From assembly GCF_963676685.1 (NCBI RefSeq), contig NC_092352.1:80972001-81036000 (forward strand): 64,000 nt of DNA, in the 5' to 3' direction. This DNA is from Mytilus edulis (Eukaryota). Numbering within the stretch: the stretch's first letter is position 1; each line of letters opens with the position of its first letter. Both the position numbers and the translations under genes were made by a program. Of this stretch, positions 51,801 to 63,929 are shown in pieces. The notes under the pieces are model-generated. The model had not been told where the DNA came from. It saw nothing but the letters and a program-made list of their open reading frames with translations, and did no database searches.

Positions 51801-53107
51801 TGCCAAAGAGACATCTGAACTTTTTTATATAGATAAGACAGCTTGTTTTCCCGTTTGAATGTTTTTACACTAGTAATTGTTGGGCCCTTTATAGCTTGAT
51901 GTTCGGTGTGAGCATAGGCCCCTTTGTTAAAGACCGTACCATGACCTATGATGGTTTACTTTTATAAAATGTAACTTTGATGGAGAGTTGTCTCATTGCG
52001 ACTCACACCATATCTTCCTATATCTATCATAAGTCGAAAATAAACCGACAACGCCATGGCTACAATAAACAAAACAAAAAAAAAAAACACCAACAGACTG
52101 AGTCTAAAAATCCACAGCATAGAAAACGAAAGACTAAGCAACATGAACCCCACCATAAAACAGGGGGTGGACTGGTCCGTAATAAAGACGTCATAATAAA
52201 ATTTACTCTATTTTCCTCATCACTGTGAAAGGATTTTTTTTTGTTGTGTAAGAATATTCCCATCCAATATTTTAAATATTTCATTTTGGATAAGAGAGTT
52301 TGGCGTTGGGAATATTTTTGAATTCGCATGTCCACTCACCTCTTACTTCATATCTTTGATCTGCGAGCTAGTCGAGTTTGATGAAAAGATGCAAAGATGT
52401 AAACACATTGTGCCCTTTGACTGTCTGCGGCTATGGTTTAAACACAGCTACAAGCAAGCATCAATAACGTTATACATTAATACCGTATCAAAGAAATTTT
52501 GCATTTACTGAAGAAAGTTCAAATCTCAGTCATGACCTACAGCTGTCTAAAATGCAATGTATGCTGATTCGAATGAAGCTGTAAAACATATAATAAACAC
52601 GATTACCGGTCTCAAAACACTACTTGAGCCTCAAACCATTCGGAATCTGACAAAACAGTTAATACTTTGATATAATATTAGTTACTTCTCTTTGGTTGTA
52701 GATCATAATGCAGATGACTTCTTTCTGAAGACTAATCACTGCATATTAAGCGACGTGAAAACAATGAATAACAGAAACAATATACCCCAGAGAGTAAAAT
52801 AGGTCTGTTGTGATGATAACATGTTGACTTACGTTTAGCGACAAATGTTTCATGCATTTCAGGTAGAGAACATGTTAATTCGATATGAAAATATTGACTG
52901 CTTTGTTCAAAGTACTATAAAAACGCGCAACATTCTATAGTTCACAAATGACCGTTCTTAGGCCGACATGCCTTGCTGCCAAGCCATGTTAATTTTAGAA
53001 TAAGTAATGGAACTATATCTAAATCGAATCCCTAAATTGCGATGAATTTTATCAACATATGGAAGCAATCTACGTATTATATATCCCAAGAGGATAAATC
53101 ATTTATA

Positions 53108-54041
53108 TATAATAATAATAGTGCATTGACTTGACAGATCAACGATATAAAGATGAGGCTTAGAAAGGGAGAAATGCGAAGCTCTGCCGAGCTTTTTCCC
53201 CGTTTCTGGTCGAATCCTTATATCGTTGATCTGTCAAGTCAATGCACTATTATTGTCTTTATACTAAAATCTAGAAAAAAAAATCAATTGTAGTTTAATG
53301 TGTAAATGCTATTTATTTGATTTAAATATTTAGAAACTTCGCCTTCGAAAAGGCCTCATACCGGTAGCAGGAGGAGAAATATACAACGCAATCAAATGTA
53401 CAATTACGTGAATTGAAACCCGCAATCGATGGTGAACGAATTCGATTGATTATTGATTAAAATATTAAAAAAAGGGTAAATTATTTATAGGTTTCCAACA
53501 AAAAATATTAACCAGTCGAATATATGTTTTACCAAAAATTATAAAAGAAATAAATTTGAGTCATTCCACGCTTCATTGCATACATTGGAAACAAGAACAG
53601 GTCGATGAGGTCGTATGAAGTATTAAATATATTTTCTTCAACTTCTATTTTACATATTCATGAGGAAAAGTGATATCGGGTCAGTGACTGTATATGACCT
53701 ATACAATATTAGGTCAATGTCAGAAAAATATCAACTTTTTTAATGAGGTTGAGAAACTAAGGAAGGGCGAAGTTCTACCGAGCCCGTGCCCAATTTTGCG
53801 CCGAGTTTTTATACTGCAACTTAAATAAATAAATTAATAGCTATTTAAATTGTAACACAAGTTTAAAACTTATTTTCATCCCTTTATGAACCTCTGACTG
53901 TGGAAAAAGTGTTCCATGATGAAATTGACATTGCACAAAATATAGCTGTGTTACTATATTTAGGAAATAAATAAATATGTATAAACAGAAATATACAGTC
54001 AACGCATTTTGAATGCTCAAATACAACGAGTGCAGTATAAA
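53108..54041 (+). mobile_element. Non-autonomous Crypton-architecture element
   Basis: Hairpin 53114-53254 followed by TTTATACT (53258), inverted as AGTATAAA (54034-54041); an internal echo of the hairpin tip and repeat at 53745-53818; ends approximate. Confidence 0.7.
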
Positions 54042-54449
54042 TCCCAATTAGCTCACCACGAAACAGTGATCAACATTGAAAGTTCGTGTTTTTTCTTATT
54101 TATTGTACCCCTGCACATTCATAATACGTCTTATTGTACCCATGTACATGCATAATACGTCTTATTGTACCCATGCACATGCATAATACGTCTTATAGTA
54201 CCCATGCACACGCATAATACGTCTTATTGTACCCATGCACCTGCACAATACGTCTTGTTGTATCCATGCACATGCATAATACGTCTTAATGTACCCATGT
54301 ACATGCAAAATACATCTTATTGTACCCATGGACATGCATAATACGTCTTATTGTACTATGCACATGCATAATACATCTTATTGTAACCATGCACATGCAT
54401 AATACGTCTTATTGTACCCATGCACATGCATAATGCGTCTTATTGTACC

Positions 54450-55041
54450 TGTTCCTGACCATATGAGTATTTGAACCATACGCGTATGGTCATGACCATA
54501 TGGTTATTTACTCATATGGTCCGACCATACGCGTATGGTCCGACCGTACGCGTATGGTCGGGGTAATTTACACTCTGTTACAGTTTACTTTTAATAATTC
54601 TAAACTCCTCATATGGTATGACCGTTCTTTAAAAAGACGCTATCATATAGGTCATTTTATTATATACCGTGTGGAAGTAAATGTCACCCCAAGCCTACAT
54701 GCAAGAACGTAATTAGCGATGAAAACTAACTATGGCATCAATATTTAATTTTTACGTAGGATTTGAATTATAAAATAATAGATTGTCATGTAACCATCAT
54801 TGATTTTTATCGGTTTTTTTTTAGATAAAGTTTTTGTATTATTGAAACTTTCATAATGTAATTTAAAACAAATACCTATATCATTGTATATGGTCAAATA
54901 CTCATATGGTCCGGCCCGTTAAAACCAAACGAGTATTATACTCATTTGGTCCGACCATACGCGTATGGTCGGACCATATGAGTATACGCATATGGTCATG
55001 ACCATACGCGTATGGTCCAAATACTCATATGGTCCGGAACA
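54450..55041. mobile_element. Ginger-like MITE (TGT..ACA ends, 4-bp TSD)
   Basis: About 95-bp TIRs starting TGTTCC and ending GGAACA; TACC duplicated (54446-54449, 55042-55045); minisatellite phase is restored on removal. Confidence 0.8.
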
Positions 55042-55211
55042 TACCAATGCACATGGATAATACGCCTTATTGTACCCATGCAAATGCATAATACGTCTTA
55101 TTGTACACATGCACATGCATAATACGTCTTATTGTACCCATACACATGCATAATACGTCTTATTGTACCCATGCACATGCATAATACGTCTTATTGTACC
55201 CATGCACATGC

Positions 55212-55510
55212 ATAATATAGGGTTATTGCATGAATATTGGGGAATATTGTCCCGAGTAGAATTTTATATTGCACGAGCTTGCGAGTGCAATATATGTTCT
55301 ACGAGGAACAATATTCCCCAATATTCATGCAATAACCCTTTTATTGTATAGCAATATAATATTTGAAAGTAAAAATTGGTTGAAACTAATATTTTGTCAT
55401 TGATGAGGTCATGAATTTTGAAGATTTATTGCACTAGTGCAATAATAGAATTTATTGCACGCTAACTTTTGGTTACTTTCTGTTGGAAATATTATATTAC
55501 TATACAATAA
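55212..55510 (+). mobile_element. Non-autonomous Crypton-architecture element
   Basis: Hairpin 55219-55339; 24-bp inverted repeats 55341-55364 / 55487-55510 (one mismatch); ATAATA direct repeat (55212-55217 and 56264-56269 once the nested insert is removed). Confidence 0.8.
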
Positions 55511-56261
55511 AGGCAACAGTAGTATACCGCTGTTCAAAACTCATAAATCCATGGACAAAAAACAAAATCGGGGTAACAAAAACTAAAACCGAGGGAAACG
55601 CATTAAATATAAGAGGAGAACAACGACATAACACCGAAACGTAACACACACAGAAACGGACCAAGCATCAGACAAAACACCACGAGAATAACAAATATAA
55701 CATGAAAACCAAATACATGAATTGGGATAGACAAGTACCGTGCACGTCTTATCTCACTTTCTCAAAAATAAGAGAAAACACAAACGACTCAACGTTAAAA
55801 TGCAACACACACAGAAACGAACAATAATATAACAATGGCCATCTTCCTGACTTGGTACAGGACACTTTTAAAGGGGAATAAAAGTGGTGGGTTGAACCTG
55901 GTTTTGTGGCATGCCAAACCTCGCACTTTAATGGCAAAGTTAAATATAACATTGAAATGACAACATAATATTACAGGACTACAATACAAATTAATAGAAC
56001 ATATTAGACAAAGAAAAACATGATTAATAGATAACAAAAAGCATCAGGTTTAAAATTCAATACGCCAAAAACGCGTCTTGTCCACACAAGACTTACAAGT
56101 GACGCCCAGATATAAAAGATCGAAAGTGAAAAAAGTACAAAGTTGTACAACACTGAAGATCAAAAGTTGAAAAGGTTTCGCCAAATACGGCATTGTTTTT
56201 ATGCCCGGGATAAGAACATTCTTATTATATAGAACAATTCATGCTATTGCAAACAGTAAAT
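55511..56261 (-). mobile_element. Non-autonomous retroposed element with decayed hammerhead region
   Basis: CAATAA on both flanks; 55511-55870 matches 39720-40090; 56040-56260 is similar to the retrozyme units. Confidence 0.65.
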
Positions 56262-56396
56262 CAATAATACGTCTTATTGTATTCATGCACATGCATAATA
56301 CGTCTTATTGTACCCATGCACATGCATAATGCGTCTTATTGTACCTATGCACATGCATAATGCGTCTTATTGTACCCATGCACATGCATAATACGT

Positions 56397-56769
56397 CTTA
56401 TCGTCCTTCCCTCTGCATATATCACCCTGCTCTGTTGCTCCGTAATTCTCGTATCAAGACTTCAAAACGAGACCAGGCATTATCAGCGACGTCACAATGT
56501 GAGAGGAGAAGTTATCAGCGACGTCACAATGCGAGAGGAGACGTTATCAAGCTTGCTTTTGTCAAGCGTAAAACTGTCTTAGGGAGAAATTTAAAGAAAC
56601 GACCAGTAATAGAACGATAAAAAGATAATCGGGTTTTCTTCGTATAGATATCGTAAATGATCAGCCGCTCGACACAATGTGAAACTTAAAAAAAAAAAGG
56701 TTCACATTGTAGCTCGCGGCTGATATTGTACGATTTCAATGTGTAGAAAACCCGATAATCTATACTTAT
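56397..56769 (-). mobile_element. Non-autonomous Crypton-architecture element
   Basis: Imperfect hairpin 56623-56761; inverted repeat TTATCGTCCT (56398) / AGAACGATAA (56611); CTTAT at both ends, and removing one copy restores the exact minisatellite unit. Confidence 0.8.
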
Positions 56770-58965
56770 TGTACCCATGGACATGCATAATACATCTTAT
56801 TGTACCCATTCACATGCATAATACATCTTATTGTACCCATGCACATGTATAATACGACTTATTGTATCCATGCACATGCATAATACGTCTTATTGTATAC
56901 ATGCACATGCATAATACGTCTTATTGTACCCACACACATGCATAATACATCTTACTGTACCCATGCACATGCATAATAGTACTTTGTTTTAATAGATGTT
57001 TGTTCTTTGTTGGAATATCTGTGATCGAGACAACGACATTGGTTGCTTACTGTACAATTGTTGTTTTCGTCTGTATGGTTTATTTTAGATGTAGACATTA
57101 TCATATATTTTTTTAATAAATGGCATATGGTATTGCGTGAGTAGGGCTTGCCTTCTGCATTCTGAAATACTTTTTGCAGACTTTCTCAATTTCCCTCGCA
57201 TTTTCAAATACTTTTGGCAGACTTTCTCTATATTCCCCGCATTTTTCGATATTATATTAACATTTCTTCTCATCCTCATATATCATATACATCGAGTTCT
57301 TTTCAGGAAAGCACCAATTACCTATTTTAAGTTTATTCTTGGAAACCGACTAAGGGTATAACCTACAACCGCTTGGGGTCTAACCTTTAACAACTCCTTA
57401 CTCATGAACCTATGTTTGAGTGGTTGTCGTTTATTGTTGAATATCATTAAGGAAAGGAATACAATTTCCGGTGACGTTTTATTGTGCCCATGTACATCGT
57501 GTTTATGCCAGAAAAGCACCAAGTACAATTTTACGGATATTGTTGGAAACCGACTTTGTGTATAGCCTACAACCACTTGGATATAACCTTCAACAACTCC
57601 CTAGTCATCAGTCTATATTTGAGTGATCATCGTTTATTGTTGAATCTCATATAATACTTTTTGTAGTTAATGGTGACTGTGTAGTTTTTTCTTTTGTTTT
57701 GCCGTTATACCACAGTTTTAGGTTAAGGGAAAGGTGACGTCTTCAAACCTATGCAAATCAACCAAATTGTATATGTTACTGTCCCAAGTCAGGACCCTAT
57801 AGTTCAGGGGTTGTCGTTGGTTTTTGATTGTAATTTAAGTTTTTGTAAATTGTTTTGTTATATTTAATTTAAGGCCGCAAATTTTCTCAATTAAAGTGTT
57901 TTGTACTTTTCCTGTAAGGGACTTTTACAGCCGATTATACGGTATAATTTTTTCTCATTGCTGAAGGCTGTAAATAACATAATGGTCTAATGAATGTGGT
58001 TCCTGCTTGTCATTTATGTATTGTGGTACGTTATATACGTATAATAGTCATGTATTGTTTAACTGTAAAGTCTTTTATAATATTACATTACGTAAATACT
58101 GTAATAGTTTCTACTAAAAAACAACACGCTTTAATGACTGTTATTACCGTGAGGAAAACATTCTATTACAATAACTAGGATATGTCTTTCATACTTGCTA
58201 CTTGTGTTGGGGGCATTATCAAGATGTAACACATACCATAGGCGACATCCCTTTAATCTAACTGTGCTATAATCTAAATACTACAACCAACTACAAGTGT
58301 GCATTAGCTACAAAAGATATTCTGAACCCAGTCTGTTCAAATGTACTATTTTGTTTCATTGACACGCATTTCACATCTTCGTATTTATATCTAGCCGTAC
58401 AATTACGACAGACATGAATTAAGTAGAACAAACGACTGCTTTCCAAAATATGAAATCATAACATAATGGGTGTAAAATTTTGATAAACAGAACAAACATC
58501 ACTACCTTAAAATACCTGTGTTATATTATTTATATATGTTATTTTTTCTCCAATTCATCCTAGATTGATAATTTACCGTGCAGTACTCCACATGTAGGAT
58601 GTACACTATGTTTGGCATGCGTAGGTAGCTTCATAGCAAAAATAAAACCCAACCAATAAACAAAACAGACCAAGGTATGCAAGTACAATGCATAAGATTT
58701 TATTTAGAAAACAGAATGGATTGCGCGGAAAACCAAAATAAAATAAGAGCATTTGTTTTGATAAGACGTTGTTCTTTTCTAATAGTCTAACTTACGAGTT
58801 TGGATATCCCTTTGCTATCTAAAACCTGTTTTTTTTTCGAAAGAGAATGTAAAAGAAACAATAATGGTAGAAATTCACATGAACTTTAAAGTAATATTAA
58901 GAAGAGTTGAAAATACACCACAAAAAATTTATATTAGATTGTTTTTATAATTTGTTTATCTTTAA

Positions 58966-59427
58966 AGGGGCACTAACTGTCAAATTCATGTTCACCGATT
59001 CTAATCAAATTCTCATATTTGATTTATAACAATGTAAAACATTTATCCAATTATTAAAAGTCTAAATAAAACAATAAAAAGGAACAGGCATGAAAATACG
59101 TACCTTCGTTTCGTGTGTATTTGAGTCTAGACGCTATCTAATTATTTATCGAGTTGACCTCTAAAATCATTCGATGACCATATAAACGGTGTAAACATAA
59201 ATATAGATATAAATAGATTAGCAAAAACGTACTGTTGAATTATTCTAGGTTGAGTTATTCACTTGCAAATGAATAATTCATCAGCAATGTTTATTTACTT
59301 ATTTTGACACAATTGAACCTTATTGGCTACTAAAAAGGAATTATCATTTCACTATTTTTATTTCATTACTGATTGAGCCAAACGCATAATATATTAGGTT
59401 TTTCATATATCTCGTGGCTAGTGCCCT
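58966..59427. mobile_element. Kolobok-like MITE
   Basis: TTAA|AGGGGCACTA ... TAGTGCCCT|TTAA; absent from the paralogous site at about 35868. Confidence 0.75.
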
Positions 59428-61156
59428 TTAACAAAGGTGAAGTGGAGGATTTGTGTCTTTGATAAAATAGGAAGATGATATAGGAGTGCTAATGAAAGTT
59501 CTTATGAAAGGTCGTAATGTATAAAAAGTAAACAAATATAGATCAAAGCGTTCGAAGACAAAAGTCTGTAGTTCAGTGTTTGTCGTTTTTTAATGTCTGT
59601 CATAATTGTTTTTCATAAATTGTTTTGTTATCAATTAGGCCGAGAGTTTTTGTTGCGCAGCCTTTGAAAGTCGATGTTTCATACCTTATATATTTATCTT
59701 TTGTAAATTGTTTGGTTATAATTTAGGCCTTTAATTTTTCCTATTGAATTGTTCATTTTTTTCGGGGCCTATTAGAGCCGATTATATAGTATGGATTTTT
59801 TATCGTTGAAGGCCGTTTTTTGGACTATAATTATTTACATCAACTTGATTTACACTTTGGTATAAATTCTATATCTTTGGCAATCATACTAAATTCCCTT
59901 TGTCTGTATATTTTTTTTTTTAGAAATGTAAAAGAAAACAAAATAAAATATAATGTAGGTTGACATGTTGACACGGAGACAATGGTTACATATTTTAATA
60001 TTATATCAATATTATCATGCTAAAAAATGAACCTTTTTGTTAAATCAAGAAACATTTGATTTCTAAACTTTATTTCATTTCACATTTTGAAAGATGAATT
60101 TGTTCAACTTTGTTAATCATGTGTAATCGTTAACTATGTTGGAAATTGTACGAGTAAAGTACATTTGAACTGGCTATCTGCGATAGTCAAAGAACACGTT
60201 ATCTTAGTAGTATCTATATTAAAGTTCAGTAAAACAAAGAGGTTTTGCTAACGACATGTGTTAAATCACGATTAAGCCCTCAACATAAGGAGCAATTATG
60301 AGATATATATTTGTGTTAATATATTTAGAATCTATAGTTCGCCATTGTACTAGTGGTTGCAACGTGTGTTTGAGGGGTAGACCTTGGTTCAGGGAGATAA
60401 CTCTTTAAATTAGTGTAGCCTTTGTAAAAGTCAAGTTCATCAATGTATTTCAAGCATTTACCTGAAACAGATTGAAAATAATCTATGTAGCCTAGAAGTT
60501 TAGAATATTTTTTTTTGAAAATTGTTGACACAATTATACTGATGATTTTAAGAGTTATTTCCCTTAACCTAAGTCTACCTCCTTAAGTAGAAACTATTAA
60601 AGTATTTACTAATGTAATAAAATATTAAGTGACATCTTTCCATATCTATTGAGTAAGGACTCTCTGTTTTGAATTTTCCTCGGAGGTCAGTATTCATGTG
60701 ATTTAATGTTTTTTTTTAAAGAATACACGATTAGAGAAGTAAAGATGTCTATCAACATGTGTTTTGTTTATTTAGCTAAGATGATGGTTTTTCTCTAATA
60801 AATATATACTATATACTTTTAAATTTATAATCACAGTTTAAGTCATTATTGCGGTATAATAGAATACGTGAACCACACATGATTTTTTTCAAAGCAGTGG
60901 TTGAAGTTTAAACTTTGATAAGTCAATAGACAATAATTCCATAAGAGTGATTTATTATTGATAACTAAATGTTATGACATAGATTTATCCTCGTAAAGGA
61001 TAAAACAATTGAAAAGTGCATGAAGACCATACAATGTTTTTTTATTAGATATTCACATACCATATTGTGACGCAAATTTACAGATAAAGCATTCGGTTAT
61101 ACAAAATTCAATCCATACTCATGCTTTCACTATACCAAATTAGCTGATATACAACG

Positions 61157-62158
61157 CTATATTCTAAACATCTTTTTATCTTTCCGTATCGTTAACTCCT
61201 TGCAAAATTTTAAATTATTTGGTCGTTCACGTTTACAACACAGGAGTTTACGAAGACTTTGTTTGTATTTTGTTGAGAGAAAGGTATACAAAATAGGATT
61301 TATTCCACTTTTGGCAAACGCCAAGAACAACGACGTTGCTACAATACTAGATATTCAAATTTAGTTATAAAAATCTCCAAATAAGACAAGCATAGTCATG
61401 AGGTGATATGGTAACCAACACATAGCAAATGCAATTACTACAACGAGTATCCTCTTTGCTACTCTCTTCATCGGCTTCATACGTGTGGCACTTCGCCTAG
61501 TGCCTGGAGTAACTCCGTACAGTATTTGTTTAAGTATTAAACCATAAAAGACACTTATCAATAATAATGGAAGCACGTATGCAAAAACCAGAAAACATGC
61601 CAACAATCTTCTGCCAAAGGTCATAGACATACCGCATCCTGACAGTTCTGATTCACCAATCTTATTTGTTTCAAAAATTACCGGAAGATAAGAACCAGAT
61701 ACAACAAGCCAAATGATAAAAACAACCAGGTTAACATTCTGTCTGTTTCTGAATTGCTTTGATGTGATTGGATGCACTATTGCTAGATAGCGGTCTAGAG
61801 ACATCAGAACTAGGGTATACACGCTAATCGTTGAGGAAACATACAAGATATAGTTTGATAGTTTGCAAACAAAGTCACCCAATACCCATCTGCCTTTGTT
61901 GTATGTTGTATCTATGAAAGAAACATATACCATAATAAATAAAAAATCTACAACGGCTAGGTTAACAATAAATATGTCTGTTGTATTCCGCTTCTGTCTT
62001 TGTGAACACACAGGAATGATCACGAGCAGGGTTCCTAAACAGCCAACTGGAATGGTCAGTCCACAAATTATAGGCAGGATAAAACCAAGAATGCTTTGAC
62101 ATTCAAATAGTGCAATGTCTGCAGCAGACAAGTTATATGTCATTGTAAAGTTGGTCAT
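61157..62158 (-). pseudogene. Allatostatin-A/galanin receptor-like GPCR (copy 4), truncated by two in-frame stops before TM7
   Basis: Open for 265 aa to FYN-TAA (61361), TGA two codons later, then in-frame TM7 (INPILYTFLSTKY) to TAG at 61157. Confidence 0.85.
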
Positions 62159-63885
62159 GGTTTATACGTCAAATATTTTGGTTAAATGCTCCTTCGACCA
62201 ATAAAACTGTTACATTCTCCTTCAACGTTGTAACTAACCCTAAAATAATAAGGAAATTTATGACTATATGCCTTCACTTCCGGAGCAACTGAGATCACCT
62301 ATTGTCTTTGGTGGGGTTCGTGTTGCTTAGTCTATAGTTTTCTATGTTGTGTGTTGTGAACTTTTATTTGTCTGATTGTCTTTTTCCTTTTTAGACTGGG
62401 CGTTGTCAGTATATTTTCGATCTATCTATGAGTTTGACCATCCCTCTGGTGTCTTTTGTCCCTCTTTTAGTAACCAGCCAAACTAATCAAAGAAACCAAA
62501 CTTCTTTCTCTGTCAAGCATAACTGGCAAATATTCACTTGACCAATATAATGACATTTCTCAATTATCAAGGTCATTTAAAGTGGTCAGAGATACAAGCT
62601 TAGAACAAACTACATATGTACAAAAGGTATCAAAATGGAAATCTTTAAAGTCGATTACATCTCGACAACGCCTTGACAAAAACAACAACAACTACAAAAA
62701 AAAACACAACATGAAACGACAAAAAAAGCTCAACAAACAAAGGTATACAAAATACAGCATAAGAAACTTAAACTGCTTTTATAACCCCATAACACGAAGG
62801 GATTGATCTGATATCCTCCAGAAGAGTAAGCAAATAGCACTAGATCCACACGTGGTATTCGTATTGAAGATGTGAAACAAACGCATTTTACGCCAACAGC
62901 CCTCAAATTTAACAGTAGATTGACCAAGTCGATAGGGTACATTTTTATCAACTTAGATTTGTAGTGATTCATTCAATTATTTTTGCATAATAAGACCGGA
63001 AAACAAAGTCCGTTTGTTTTCCTGTTTAAATTGTTTTACATTTATCACTTCGAGGCATTTTGAAGCTTACTGTACGGTATGGATTTTGATCATTGTTGAA
63101 GGCCGTATGGTTACTTGTTAGTGCTTTTTCTCTGGCAGTGGGTCTCTGGTGATGATTGGTGCCCTTTGGCAACTATACCGTATCGTCCTATTACCAGATA
63201 AGTGTATAAGGAAAATTTTAAAAATATAAAGAATAAATATATATCAAAAGATGAGGTATGAGTGTTAATGAGACAACTCTCCGTCCGCTTTAACATTATC
63301 AATTGAATTTTGTAAAAACAATCTTTATAAATGGAGTTCCAGCAAATTCTAGTTAACTTAACGTTTTTAAGTTTAACTTACCACAAAATGATCCAATTAC
63401 GCAGCAGTGGTTATGAATTGTGTAATGAATTAAAATAATTGTTTCCAAAAAAGTAATAATCATGCAATTAGTCAGAGTCATCTGCGAGTTTTAATGGCTT
63501 AAAAACATTAGATTCTGGCATGTGACATTCATATTTTGTGACGGCGTTTTAAACAAAGCAAGTAGTGCAAGATGTTGAGATACAGCACTGATTACCACGA
63601 GATATGTGTTTCGCATCCATTTGTTTATTAAAAATTTATCTAATTCTATAATATTGCTCTTTCCTCTAAAATGAAAAAAAAGACCAAACATCTTTTAATA
63701 GCTGCCAAAATTTCGATTATACAGTGAAAATGAACAAATATGTAATTTAAATTAAATACGAACAATTTACAAATATATAAATTACAAATTGTAATAATAT
63801 GATACAAAAAAAAAATGAGTTTGACAAAATATAGTAACAAAATAAAGAAAAAGTCTTTAATAACATTAACGGTACCAATTCTCCT

Positions 63886-63929
63886 GCACCAGATGCGCAT
63901 TTCGACAATACATGTCTGTTCAGTGATGC
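63886..63929 (-). ncRNA. Hammerhead-like motif of a second family, core-mutated
   Basis: GCAUCA-CUGAACA-GACA(UGUAU)UGUC-GAAAU-GCGC-AUC-UGGUGC; all three stems pair but G8 is C. Confidence 0.65.

Larger units (their letters stand above)
54100..56978. repeat. 31-bp minisatellite (about 28 units) interrupted by nested insertions
   Basis: Unit ATAATACGTCTTATTGTACCCATGCACATGC in blocks 54100-54449, 55042-55217, 56264-56401 and 56765-56978. Confidence 0.95.

Noticed and set aside
54100-56978. 31-bp repeats with intervening unique DNA resembling a CRISPR array
   Set aside because: Units are directly adjacent with no spacers, the interruptions are transposons, there are no cas genes, and the context is eukaryotic.
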